From a bacterium (GTDB lineage Bacteria > Zhuqueibacterota > Zhuqueibacteria > Residuimicrobiales > Residuimicrobiaceae): 64,000 bases of DNA. Positions 29,401 through 38,464 of the stretch are shown here, piece by piece. The position numbers and the translations under genes are program-made. The notes below the pieces were generated by a model that was given only the letters and a program-made list of their open reading frames with translations, searched no databases and was not told the DNA's origin. The first letter of the stretch is position 1. Every line of letters begins with the position of its first letter. The stretch covers positions 19,915 through 83,914 of the forward strand of contig JAKPUX010000092.1 of NCBI GenBank assembly GCA_029554865.1, read 5' to 3'.

Positions 29401-30018
29401 ATCCAGATACCAGAGCATGTGGCCGCTGCCCCAGACCAGGCGGTGGTGATAGGTGTGCTCCTTCTGCCACTCAAAGGGACCGACCATGGGATCCTCGAAG
29501 GCGTGCGGATCATCCTCATATCCGCCGTTGAAGGCGGCGACATTGAGACGCAGCTTCATCCGCTTCCATTTATAGAGGTCACCCTCGGTATAACCGTAGA
29601 TATGAACCACGGTCTTGTAGGGATTGTGCCACTGCACCGAGCCGTACCAGCTGTTATCCTCGTCACGATCGTACATCCCGAAAAGGGTATAATGCACGTT
29701 ATCGGAACCGGGGACAGGCTTGCCATCGCGGTCATAGCCGACATTGGGAAAGACCTCCCTGGAGGCGTGGATGCCCTTCACCTTGAACTCCACCTCGCCG
29801 GCGGAGCAGCTCGGGATTTTATATTCAATAAAGTCGAAGGCGGTCTGGGTGACCCAGCCCTCGGCGGTGAGTTTACCGCCCTTCTGCGCCCCCTTGGTCG
29901 CTCCCTTGAGCGAGTCTTCGAGTTCCAGAACCTTGTTGACCGTCTGCGCGCCGGCTGCGAGCGCCCAGGTCAGGCTGACCGTAACCAGGATGCCGATCCA
30001 TTTGCTGCGTAACGCCAT
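26458..30018 (-). CDS. Large secreted multidomain glycoside hydrolase, GH140-like: ConA-like lectin domain, Ig-like, DUF5060, DUF4038 TIM barrel, FN3, Ig-like and a C-terminal beta domain
   Basis: Start at MALRSKWIGILVTVSLTWALAAGAQT (signal peptide). The 76-aa upstream extension in the track is noise. The DUF4038 signature HDDGTPWLWKGDTNW is present and is preceded by a DUF5060-like Ig domain. FN3 and SbsA/Big_5-like Ig domains follow. Confidence 0.8.
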   Translation of the reverse strand: MALRSKWIGILVTVSLTWALAAGAQTVNKVLELEDSLKGATKGAQKGGKLTAEGWVTQTAFDFIEYKIPSCSAGEVEFKVKGIHASREVFPNVGYDRDGKPVPGSDNVHYTLFGMYDRDEDNSWYGSVQWHNPYKTVVHIYGYTEGDLYKWKRMKLRLNVAAFNGGYEDDPHAFEDPMVGPFEWQKEHTYHHRLVWGSGHMLWYLDGVLIKDWDYSSFGVEYAPPDHTLRLGSGLNSRSGGYASPNDLTFTDLKFYRHKDETRPQVMRLDPAAGSSAVAPDADILVHFSEPMDEGSAQAAFSITPALAGSFRWIGSALALEHSALLQPNTTYTVRVEATARDKSGLNLTAPYTASFTTRGEQPVSVGRYEPFEVTIKAPGAGGSRPYRDASLKGVFKGPTKTIEIEGFWDGDDIWKVRMAPTETGQWSYQISGSNAAFNRSGSFTCTASSSHGFIRPNPARPYSFMHDDGTPWLWKGDTNWRGFTSLLPYDGRWKEIVDLRAEQGYTAMQSIVVSYINGLGFWKNEGGTCFVEGTDAKDYDQLNPGYFRWIDKRIDYALSKGIVPVILFSWAQEYVNFSPEQWERYVRYLVARLSSRNVIWVLCGEYNEIPNDYNRPTSEFADWGQMVKRYDPYDHPITLHPTGRTSSAEFGSSAWMDVVMQQTPYFSRDIQRDRVHKKPVVNGEPRYMYPDEDNAESRHGLWEIVTSGGYYTGGFFTTYAPDKGGYDPAAMPEEQRWVTFLNKLMDRLPISEMEPHPEWTSAGQLLAKPGAEYLAYNRSGGPVTIDLSKVSGSLPVEWLDPRAGVSQPVGKVSGGAKQTFTPPFSGDWALHIGAGLSSDEVAPNPPQALQSTARTMYSITLSWSAPAAAADGDVAASYIITRDGTAITTVTATTWTDQGLEESSSHTYAIHALDDAGNKSSSAAQLTVSTTGDTQAPQVTQVITVSGTELRVTFDEKVEAASAQTPGNYVITPAVAVTAALLSAEGTQATLTTAAHNPGQSYTIKVAGIKDRARVANTMAAQTLNYKFEATLQISELSPATYRLAQLAAGSAYYADRDFKLTTIPAVCQGFTWIMTENDDKERSDAHWLSFKANMAVTVMIAYDNGASTRPTWLDGWSDTGAEIGTSDDSPLHLYRRDFPAGEVVLGGNEGTSKTSMYLVLVKKADGTVADTTPPAVPKGLDFAG

Positions 30019-30318
30019 GTTGCTTCCTCCCATTCCACACCGGGGTGAGTGTTCAGGATGACCCATTATTAATATCCGGGCAGGGCCATGCAAAGAGCGG
30101 GCCAGAATATCGCGTCTGTTTTTACTTGAGTTACAAACAGGCCTCGGTCTCCTTGTTACAATCCTGTAAATGAAATTCCCTTTTTGAGGCAGAGAAAGAC
30201 GCGAAATCGCCGTTTTCCGCGAACCAGCGAGCCTGCCCGTATTCATAATATCAGCCTGTCATCCTTGGGAACCGCATCTCCTTTCTAAAAACCTTCCCCA
30301 TCTCTGCCGGAGAATTTA

Positions 30319-33300
30319 ATGCGCATCCGATTGTTAGCCCTCTTCTGTCTGGCGGCGGTAGTGGCGGCCGCCCAGACTGTTCCGGAGCACAAGCGGCTCC
30401 TTTACTCGGACAGCCTCACCAACGCCTCCTCAACCCGGATGGGGACCCTGGAGAACCGGGGCGGCGAATTCATCCCCGGGCGGGGCTGGAAGATCAGCGG
30501 GCAATACAGTCAGCTGACCATCGCCCTGCCGGCCGACCTGCCGCCGGAGGGCACCTTCAAGATCAATGTCACCAATTTCGATCCCGCCTCCCAGAGTGTC
30601 GATGAGAAGCAGAACCTCCTCACCATGGCTTCAGATGACAGCATTTACTGGCTGCCGCAATACGAGACCGGGTCCTGGTGGCTCTACCGCACCGGCAAGG
30701 GCTACACCGACGGACCGGGGATGGCCGGCTTCCGCATCGATTACGCCCCCAATGGCGTCGACACCCGCAGTGACGGCCGGGCGATGCAGAGCACCAAATG
30801 GAGTCTCAACAAAACCTATGAATTCAAGGTGGTCTGGCAGGCCAACTGGATCAGCTTTTACGTCGACAATGTCCTGATCATGGATCCCAAGATAAGTAAA
30901 ACGCCCTGGACTGGACAGAAGGAACTCTTCCGCTACATCCTGATCGGCCGCAACAGTAAAAATTATCCCGCCCAGCCGGGACCGATCTGGTCCAATGCGC
31001 GCATCTACGTCCCGGGTTCAGATCTCTCGCTCACCAAGGTTTCCGGGGACAATCAGAACGGCGCTGCCGGCAGCCTGCTCGCCTCCAGCGTGGTTGTCAA
31101 GGTTGTGGATGCAGATGGCCAGCCCGTCCCCAATGAGCCCATTCAGTTGCAGGTAATCAGCGGCGGCAGTATTGATAATCTGCCGGCCGTGATCAAAACC
31201 ACCAACGACAAGGGGATGGTCAGCGCAGACTGGATCCTGGGTCCGGCCGTGGGGTTACAGCATCTGCGCGCGACTCATGGGGACTCGGTCATCGAATTCA
31301 GCGCCACCGCAACACCCTCCCATAACCGGAGGCTGCTGCTTGTCAGCGGCGGAGGGCAGAATGGCACACCCGGCCAGCCTCTCCCCGAGCCCATAGTTGT
31401 TCAGGTGCGCGATGAATATGACAATCCGGTTTCCGGTCAAAGCCTCATCTTCACGATTGCAGCCGGAGGCGGCTCTCTGGCGGGCCAGGCCGGCATCAGT
31501 GCGTTCACCGACAGCAGCGGAAGGGCCGCGATTATGTGGACTATGGGGCTCCTGCGCGGCAGTGTGCAAAGGCTGGAAATCTCCGGCAGCAGCGGCGAGC
31601 CCCTGACGGGCTCACCGCTCACTGTGGAGGCAGGCCTCGGGGCGATTCCGGACCAGGCGCTCTCGACCATCACGGCGACCTCGCCGGTCACTGCCAACGG
31701 CAGGGATCACTCCGCCGTCACCGTCACACTCCGCGACGGCAGCGGCATGCCGCTCAGCGGCTACGTTGTCCGCCTCACCGTCAGTGAAGCCGGCGCCATC
31801 CTGACGGCAGCCGACTCGCTCACGAATGCGTCCGGGCAGATTTTCGCCACCCTGGCGAGCACTACCCCGGGCTCCGCAACCGTCTCCGCGCATGTGATCG
31901 GGGCCGATCTCCACCTCAACTCAACAGCTGTTGTCCGATTCGATCCAGTACCCCAAAGTGCCGGCCGCATCGTCATGCTCTCGGGGGACGGCCAAACCGG
32001 CATCGTCGCCACGGTGCTGCCCGGGCTTCTGAAAGTCCAGGTCCTGGACGATAAAGAGCAGGCGTTGGCGCATTATGCGGTCGAATTCTTTGTCATTTCC
32101 GGTGATGCCTCCTTCGACGGACAAGCCCGGCTCACCACGACGACCAACGAGGAGGGAGTCGCAAGCGCCAGACTCTCCCTCGGCGAAACTTATGGCACCA
32201 TTACTGCAGGCGCCACTACCGCCCCTCTGACAACGGTCATCACTTTCAAGGCCAGAGCTGTGAGCGGAGCAGCCTATCAGATGGTTGCAGAGAGCGGTTT
32301 CAACCAGAACGGTCCTCCCGGCCAACCCCTCCCCCGACCTGTCACGGTCAGCGTCAGGGATCACTTTGGTAATCCAGCACCGGATCACCCCCTGCTTTTC
32401 AAGATCATATCGGGTGGCGGCAGCATTGCAGGATCGAACCAGGCGGTGATACGGACCGATGCAGAAGGAAGCGCCTCTGTCTCGTGGACCCTGGGAAGAT
32501 ATCTGGGCGCGGCGAACCGGCTGGAGATCAGCAACGCCAGTGAAATCATCGTTTCCCTCAGGGGATCACCCCTTATCATGCAAGTCCCGCAGCCGGCGCT
32601 GCCGGATATCACCATATCCACGGTTACGGCTTCCAGCCCGGTCATCGCCGACGGCGCTGCCTATTCCGAGGTCACCGTCACCCTGGCCGATAATCTATCC
32701 CGACCGCTCGCGGGCTTTACGGTCGACCTCTTCGCCTCAGGAGAGAACAACCTGATCACCCTGGCTGACTCCCTGAGCGACCGCGACGGGCAGGTCACCG
32801 CCCGGCTGCGCAGCACCACCCCTGAAACCAAGATCATCGGCGCCTCCGTCAGGGGTGCGGGGCTCTTTCTCAACGACACAGCCCGGGTCGATTTCATCGC
32901 TCCATCAAAGATGGACCAGCTGCTCTATATCTCCGGCGATGGACAGGCAGGGCGCATCGGCGCCCTCCTGCCCGAAGCGCTGGTGGTGCGGGCCCTTGAT
33001 CACACGAACACCCCGAAGGGCGGTGTCGCCGTCGAATTCACGGTCGACGCCGGCGGGGGGCTGGTGAACAGACGGACGAAGAGCACGGTGTTTTCGGACA
33101 CTGCCGGTTACGCGCGCATGCTCTGGAGCCTAGGCTCCGACGCCGGGGAACGGAACAACCATGTCACCGCCCGCATCCGCGGGGCGTTCTCCGCGCCGAT
33201 CACCTTCACTGCCACCGCCCTGGCCGCCGATCCGGCGCAGTGGTTCATCCTCAGCGGCAACCACCAGACCGGAGTGGCCGGCCGGGCCCTGGCGGAGCCC

Positions 33301-34449
33301 TTCCGCATCGGGGTCCGCGACCAGAACGGCAATGACGTCAGCGATTTTCCGATCCTCTTCAGGACCATCCGCGGCGGGGGGCGCTTTGTTGATGCGCAGG
33401 AATACGGTACGCGCACCGGTCCCACAGGGCAGGCGTCAGCCCAGTTCACCCTGGGCGAACGGGCGGAGCTCCAGCAGGTTCAGGTCTTTTCCGTCACAGC
33501 CCCGCTCGAATCCCTGCTCTTCGAAGCGACGGCGACGCCGGAAGCCCCGGACCGCCTGGTCAGGGTGGGCGCAGAGAGCCTGACTGTCTCTCTGGCCGAT
33601 CCGGAGGCAGTGGAGCTGGCTGTGCGGCTGGTGGACCGCTACGCCAATCCTGTGCCGGGCGTGGAAGTGGACATTTCGGCCCCGGATGGGGGACACGTGC
33701 TCTCACAGCCCGGCGCTCTCACCGATACGAAAGGCGAGGCGTACTTTCAGGTCTCGCCGGGTGAACTCCCAGGCGCCTATCACTTTGCCTGCCGGAGCGT
33801 CGGCGATATTACTTCTCTCTTTTATTTGACCGCCTTCCTCCCGCAAGTTAATCAGGCGCCGCTCATCACCGCTTTCTCCCCGGCCGATACCACCCTTATC
33901 GACATCACACCCGGCATGAGTCTGGAATTCCGGTTCGATGAGGTCGCGGATCCGGATGGCGACACGCTCTTCTTTCAGTGGATGGTCAATGGCGTGCCCG
34001 CCACCACCCGGAATGCACTCTCCCTGGTCGTCAATCCTACCCTCATTCCCCAGGACGGCGCCGCCCTGCGTGTTACTGGCAGCGTGAGCGACGGCGAGGA
34101 GACCGTGACGATCGGGTGGCGCTTCAGGATAATCATGACCGGGGTGAAAGACGGCGGGCAGGAGATGCCGCGGGTGGTGCAGATGGAACAGAACTATCCG
34201 AATCCCTTCAACAGCTCGACTACGCTGGCGGTGGCCCTCCCCGGCCGCAGCACAGCCTCGCTGCGCATCTACAGCCTTTCCGGTCAGATGGTCACTGTAT
34301 TGTTCGAGGGGATCCTGGCGGAGGGGAACCACCGCTTTGTCTGGCAGGGGATGAATCAGAGAGGTGAGCCAATGCCTTCAGGAGTCTATTACGGCATCCT
34401 GCAGGCCGGAGAGGTGCGGCAGACCAGAAAAATCGTACTTATGAGGTAG
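30319..34449 (+). CDS. T9SS-secreted surface protein/adhesin: signal peptide, ConA-like lectin domain, about 12 tandem bacterial Ig-like (Big_1/invasin-like) domains and a Por/T9SS C-terminal sorting domain
   Basis: 1376 aa. Signal peptide MRIRLLALFCLAAVVAAAQT. Alternating repeats of xSGdGQxGxxGxxLPxPlxVxVxDxxGNPV and TAxSPxxADGxxxSxVTVTLxD. The C-terminus NYPNPFNSSTTLAVALP...LRIYSLSGQMV...SGVYYGIL is a T9SS type-A sorting-domain signature. Confidence 0.85.
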   Translation: MRIRLLALFCLAAVVAAAQTVPEHKRLLYSDSLTNASSTRMGTLENRGGEFIPGRGWKISGQYSQLTIALPADLPPEGTFKINVTNFDPASQSVDEKQNLLTMASDDSIYWLPQYETGSWWLYRTGKGYTDGPGMAGFRIDYAPNGVDTRSDGRAMQSTKWSLNKTYEFKVVWQANWISFYVDNVLIMDPKISKTPWTGQKELFRYILIGRNSKNYPAQPGPIWSNARIYVPGSDLSLTKVSGDNQNGAAGSLLASSVVVKVVDADGQPVPNEPIQLQVISGGSIDNLPAVIKTTNDKGMVSADWILGPAVGLQHLRATHGDSVIEFSATATPSHNRRLLLVSGGGQNGTPGQPLPEPIVVQVRDEYDNPVSGQSLIFTIAAGGGSLAGQAGISAFTDSSGRAAIMWTMGLLRGSVQRLEISGSSGEPLTGSPLTVEAGLGAIPDQALSTITATSPVTANGRDHSAVTVTLRDGSGMPLSGYVVRLTVSEAGAILTAADSLTNASGQIFATLASTTPGSATVSAHVIGADLHLNSTAVVRFDPVPQSAGRIVMLSGDGQTGIVATVLPGLLKVQVLDDKEQALAHYAVEFFVISGDASFDGQARLTTTTNEEGVASARLSLGETYGTITAGATTAPLTTVITFKARAVSGAAYQMVAESGFNQNGPPGQPLPRPVTVSVRDHFGNPAPDHPLLFKIISGGGSIAGSNQAVIRTDAEGSASVSWTLGRYLGAANRLEISNASEIIVSLRGSPLIMQVPQPALPDITISTVTASSPVIADGAAYSEVTVTLADNLSRPLAGFTVDLFASGENNLITLADSLSDRDGQVTARLRSTTPETKIIGASVRGAGLFLNDTARVDFIAPSKMDQLLYISGDGQAGRIGALLPEALVVRALDHTNTPKGGVAVEFTVDAGGGLVNRRTKSTVFSDTAGYARMLWSLGSDAGERNNHVTARIRGAFSAPITFTATALAADPAQWFILSGNHQTGVAGRALAEPFRIGVRDQNGNDVSDFPILFRTIRGGGRFVDAQEYGTRTGPTGQASAQFTLGERAELQQVQVFSVTAPLESLLFEATATPEAPDRLVRVGAESLTVSLADPEAVELAVRLVDRYANPVPGVEVDISAPDGGHVLSQPGALTDTKGEAYFQVSPGELPGAYHFACRSVGDITSLFYLTAFLPQVNQAPLITAFSPADTTLIDITPGMSLEFRFDEVADPDGDTLFFQWMVNGVPATTRNALSLVVNPTLIPQDGAALRVTGSVSDGEETVTIGWRFRIIMTGVKDGGQEMPRVVQMEQNYPNPFNSSTTLAVALPGRSTASLRIYSLSGQMVTVLFEGILAEGNHRFVWQGMNQRGEPMPSGVYYGILQAGEVRQTRKIVLMR

Positions 34450-36208
34450 GATTGGGGGTGTCGGAGGAGGATCGGCTTCCCACCACCCTGGCGGGGATGC
34501 CCAGAGCGATCGAATAGGGCGGGATATCTTTGGTCACCACTGCCGCCGCCCCGATCACCGAGCCGGTGCCGATGGTGACTCCGTCAAGGACCATCACCCC
34601 GGCTCCGAGCCAGCAGTCATCCTCGATCACCACCCCCCCCTTGCTCTCGTAGCCCTGGCGCATGATCGGCACATCGAGGCGGTCGAACTTGTGCTGGGCC
34701 CCGCCGATGTAGCAGTTGGCCGCCAGCAGCACATGCCGGCCGAAGCGGATCCGCGTCGTCGTCCCCAGGCGGCAGTTGGCGCCGATGTTGCTGTAATCCC
34801 CGATCTCAATCGTTCCGTTGCGCGTGCCCAGCACCGTGCCCCGCCCGAGCAGCACCTCCTCGCCGAGGGTGATGCCGCTCTGCTCGTCCCCCTGCGCCGA
34901 AAGCGAGCAGTACTCCTCGATGACGCAGCGCTTGCCGACAGCGATCTTGTGGGGGTGGCGCAGGGTGACGTTGCGGCTCCAGACCGCCCCCTTGCCCTGC
35001 TTGCGCAGCACCGCCGGCAGGAAGATCTGGCGCAGCCCGTAGCCGATCATCCCCGGCAGAGGCATGCAGAAGAGGGTGATGAATTCGTATTTGAAGAGGC
35101 GCCACAGCCTGAGCGGGCCGATGACGATGTCGGCGTACTTGTGCAGGGGCGACTTGCGGCGCCGCATGACATCCTCAAAGCCGCTGTAATACCTGACCTC
35201 GCCGGCCACATCCCCGGCGCCGATCTCGCGCTCCGGCTCCCGCCCCATCTTGACCTCCTGATCGATGCGAATCCCCAGGGTTGAATAGTAGATGCCGCCC
35301 AGAATCCCGGTCGCCAGGGCCTTGACGCGCATGAGCAGGGCCACCGAGAGGCCCACCGCACCGGTCAAACCCATGCGGTCAAAGGTGAAGAAGTAGGCCC
35401 ACTCCGCCAGGCCGATCCCTCCGATCGAGATGGGCAGCATCATGATCACCATCACAATCGGGGTGATGATCAGGGCATCGATGAAGGAGAGGGGAGAACG
35501 GAAGGCGAGGGCGCTCACCCAGACGTTGACCACAGCCGCCAGATAAAAGAGGAAAGAGTTGGCCATTGCGAAGAGGAGGGCGCCGCGCTCGCTGCGGATG
35601 GAGAGGATCGCCTCCTGGAACTTTTTCAGCTTGAGGATGATTTTGTGCAGAATGCCGGCCGGGGCCTTGCGTTCCAGCCAGGCGAGATAACGCTCGTTGA
35701 GGACGACCACCAGCAGGGCGAGATAGCCGGCCACCGCCACCCCCATGGCCAGGGCAAGCCAGGGATCCCAGAGCTTGCCCAGAGCGGCGAGAAAAGCAGC
35801 CACCGCCAGGAGAATGAGTGCGGTCAAACCGGTGAAACGTTCAATAAAGACCGAAGCATAAGCCTTGGCGTTCTCCCCCGTCGATTTGCCCAGGGCCCAG
35901 GCGCGCACCACGTCGCCTCCGACATTGGTCGGCAGCACGGTATTGAAAAAATAACCCACCATGTAAAGCCAGAAGAGGCGCCAGCCCGAGGCGGTGATGC
36001 CCTGGGCGCGCAGGATGACCTGCCACTTCCAGGAGCTGAGCCAGATCAGCACCGGGGTGAGGGCGATCGAGAGGCTGAAATAAAACCAGTCCACCTGTTT
36101 GAGCGTCTGCCACAGCTTGCCGGGATCAACCTTGTACAGAACCCAGGCGATCAGGGCGATGCTGATCAGCCAGCGCAGGAGAACGGAGAGTGGTTTCTTG
36201 GCGGACAT
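34439..36208 (-). CDS. Fusion protein: flippase-like TM domain (LPG-synthase TM / UPF0104 family) plus C-terminal hexapeptide-repeat (LbH) acetyltransferase
   Basis: 589 aa. The N-terminal roughly 330 aa is polytopic with the pattern of the lysyl-PG synthase TM region. The C-terminal roughly 200 aa has hexapeptide repeats typical of sugar O-acetyltransferases. It overlaps the adhesin gene convergently by 11 nt. Confidence 0.7.
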   Translation of the reverse strand: MSAKKPLSVLLRWLISIALIAWVLYKVDPGKLWQTLKQVDWFYFSLSIALTPVLIWLSSWKWQVILRAQGITASGWRLFWLYMVGYFFNTVLPTNVGGDVVRAWALGKSTGENAKAYASVFIERFTGLTALILLAVAAFLAALGKLWDPWLALAMGVAVAGYLALLVVVLNERYLAWLERKAPAGILHKIILKLKKFQEAILSIRSERGALLFAMANSFLFYLAAVVNVWVSALAFRSPLSFIDALIITPIVMVIMMLPISIGGIGLAEWAYFFTFDRMGLTGAVGLSVALLMRVKALATGILGGIYYSTLGIRIDQEVKMGREPEREIGAGDVAGEVRYYSGFEDVMRRRKSPLHKYADIVIGPLRLWRLFKYEFITLFCMPLPGMIGYGLRQIFLPAVLRKQGKGAVWSRNVTLRHPHKIAVGKRCVIEEYCSLSAQGDEQSGITLGEEVLLGRGTVLGTRNGTIEIGDYSNIGANCRLGTTTRIRFGRHVLLAANCYIGGAQHKFDRLDVPIMRQGYESKGGVVIEDDCWLGAGVMVLDGVTIGTGSVIGAAAVVTKDIPPYSIALGIPARVVGSRSSSDTPNPTS

Positions 36209-36263
36209 GATCGATGGACTCTCTCAAGAGAGCGCCCGGTCTCGCCGGGCGCCATGCAAGGGG

Positions 36264-37463
36264 TTATCCCAGGTACTCCCTGAGCACCTCGGCGGAGCGG
36301 CGCGCCTTTTCCTTTTCACGGGCGACCTGTGGCAGCATCGCCTCGCGGATGCGCTCGCGTTCGTGCCAGGCCGCGCTGATGCGGGCGTAAAAGCTCTCCA
36401 CCGCCAGCTCCTTGAAATCGACCAGATGGGCCTCCATGCCGATGGTGCGCATGTAGCCCCGGTTCTTGGGATAGGTGACGATGCCCACCGGCGGAACTCC
36501 CATCGCCGAGGAGAGGATCAGGGAGTGGGTGCGCATCCCCGCAAAGAGCTGCAGCTTTTGCAGCACCGCGCAGATCTCCCGATAACTGTAGACCTTGTTG
36601 GAAATGAGACGGACGCGCTCGCGCTGATGGATCTTGCCGAGCACTGCGGAGGCGATGCCCATATCCATATGCTGGGTCTCGACGAAGAGGACATCCACAT
36701 CCAGTTCCGTGATCACCTTGTCGACGGTGGCGGCATAGAGTTCGACCAGGTTTTCGCGGCCGAAGGTGCCGCCCTGGCGGACAAAGGCATCGACATAGCT
36801 GTTGACATTAAAGCCGATCACCGGACGGCCGCTGCTGAAGAGATCAGCTTCACGGCAGATCTCATCCAGCCGCGCCTCATCGACCGGCCTGGCGTTGAGG
36901 GCGCAGTCGGCCCCCTCGATCACCCGCGGATGATGAAATCCCTGGCGGTCGAGCAGCTCCACCGACTCCCGGTCGCGCAGGATGAGGGCGCTGGTGCTGT
37001 CGAGGATGGCCTGCAGGGCCGCATGGCCCGCCTGGGTCCGGATCGGCCCGAGGCTGCAGTTGTACAGCACCACCGGCACTCCCTTCCTGGAGGCGCGGGG
37101 AAGGAACCTGGAAAGGGTCCAGAGATAGTTGAAGAGAGGATTGTAGAGCTTGCGATCGAAAAGAATGGCATCGGTCACCAGGATCACATCCGCCGAGAGG
37201 GCGGCGCGCAGGACCGGCACCCCGAGAATCTTCATCGAGCCGTTCCAGGGCAGCATCGAGACCGTCTGCACCCGGTATTCGGCGAACTGGCGCTGCACGA
37301 ATCCGGGATTGATGGTCGGGATCGTGAAAAGGGCGTCCGGATAGATCCTGGAGACATCCTCAAGCACCCCGCCGAGGATGGCGGCGTCGCCCGCATTGCG
37401 GCCGGAAAAATTGCCAATGACATTGATGGTTTTCATAACACCCGCTTGATTTTGATTCAGCAT
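36264..37463 (-). CDS. Polysaccharide pyruvyl transferase (CsaB/WcaK family)
   Basis: MKTINVIGNFSGRNAGDAAILGG is the typical N-terminus. The start ATG overlaps the upstream stop as TAATG. The alternative start is M10 at 37436. Confidence 0.75.
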   Translation of the reverse strand: MLNQNQAGVMKTINVIGNFSGRNAGDAAILGGVLEDVSRIYPDALFTIPTINPGFVQRQFAEYRVQTVSMLPWNGSMKILGVPVLRAALSADVILVTDAILFDRKLYNPLFNYLWTLSRFLPRASRKGVPVVLYNCSLGPIRTQAGHAALQAILDSTSALILRDRESVELLDRQGFHHPRVIEGADCALNARPVDEARLDEICREADLFSSGRPVIGFNVNSYVDAFVRQGGTFGRENLVELYAATVDKVITELDVDVLFVETQHMDMGIASAVLGKIHQRERVRLISNKVYSYREICAVLQKLQLFAGMRTHSLILSSAMGVPPVGIVTYPKNRGYMRTIGMEAHLVDFKELAVESFYARISAAWHERERIREAMLPQVAREKEKARRSAEVLREYLG

Positions 37464-38446
37464 TAATCCAAGAGTCCGTTTTCCTTGTACCAGTAGGCCG
37501 TGCGGCGGATGCCGTGCTCCAGCTCCACTCGGGGCTGGAAGCCGAGCTCCCGCTTCGCCTTGCTGATATCAAAGGCCCGGTCCTTGACAAAGATGTCGAC
37601 GCGCCGCCTGAAGATCGGCGGCTGCACCCGCAGGGGGATGCAGATCTTTTCGCAGAGCCAGCCGGCCGCATAGACCGGCCAGACCGGGGGATGCAATCGC
37701 GGCGGCCTGACCTCGAGGGCTTGAGCGACCATCCGGGCGAAGTCATTAAGGGTGAAATACTTCTCCCCGGCGATGATGTAGGTCTCTCCTGCCGCAGCGG
37801 GAGTCTCGCCGGCGAGGCGGAAGCCCTCGACCACGTCGGTGACGTAGCTGAGATGGTAGAGTACATTGCCCCCGCCGAACATGATGAACTTGCCCCGGTA
37901 GATCATCCGGTACATCTTGAGCATGCGTTCGTCGCCGGGTCCGTAGATGCCCACCGGCCTGACGATGGTGACCGGCAGCCCCTTCTCCCGGTTGTAAAAG
38001 AGCGCCACCTTTTCGCCCTCGGCCTTGGTCTCCTGATAGATATCCCCGGGCTTGATCGGGGCCTTTTCATCGGCCGGGGGCTTTTCGATGTGTCCGTGCA
38101 CGCCGCAGGTGCTGCAGTGCACCACCCGGCGCACCCCCATCTCGAGGGCCGCGGCCATGACGTTCTCCGTGCCGGTGACATTGACGTCCCAGTAGGCCTG
38201 GTCGGGCTGATTGGCCTCCCGGTAGAGTGCAGCGATGTGATAGACCACATCGATGTTGCGCATCGCCTGGGCCAGATCCGCCTTGTACTTCAGATCCCCG
38301 GTGATGATGTCCACCCCTTTCGCCTTGAGGCGCGCGGTGTCGCTGGTGGGCCGCACAAAGGCGCGCACCGTATATCCCCGCTCTACAAGATGATCGACCA
38401 TATAGCCGCCGGTGAATCCGGAGGCGCCGGTGACCAGAGCCCTCAT
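37463..38446 (-). CDS. NAD-dependent epimerase/dehydratase (SDR family)
   Basis: 327 aa. VTGASGFTGGYMVDHL (GxxGxxG) and a YxxxK catalytic region. Confidence 0.8.
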   Translation of the reverse strand: MRALVTGASGFTGGYMVDHLVERGYTVRAFVRPTSDTARLKAKGVDIITGDLKYKADLAQAMRNIDVVYHIAALYREANQPDQAYWDVNVTGTENVMAAALEMGVRRVVHCSTCGVHGHIEKPPADEKAPIKPGDIYQETKAEGEKVALFYNREKGLPVTIVRPVGIYGPGDERMLKMYRMIYRGKFIMFGGGNVLYHLSYVTDVVEGFRLAGETPAAAGETYIIAGEKYFTLNDFARMVAQALEVRPPRLHPPVWPVYAAGWLCEKICIPLRVQPPIFRRRVDIFVKDRAFDISKAKRELGFQPRVELEHGIRRTAYWYKENGLLD

Positions 38447-38464
38447 CGTCTTTCTCCCTTTGGC

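Noticed and set aside
26617-30012. 1131-aa plus-strand ORF antisense to the large GH140-like hydrolase gene
   Set aside because: It is Ala/Gly/Arg/Pro-rich with no recognisable domains and mirrors the codon third-position GC bias of the real minus-strand gene. This is a typical high-GC antisense artefact.
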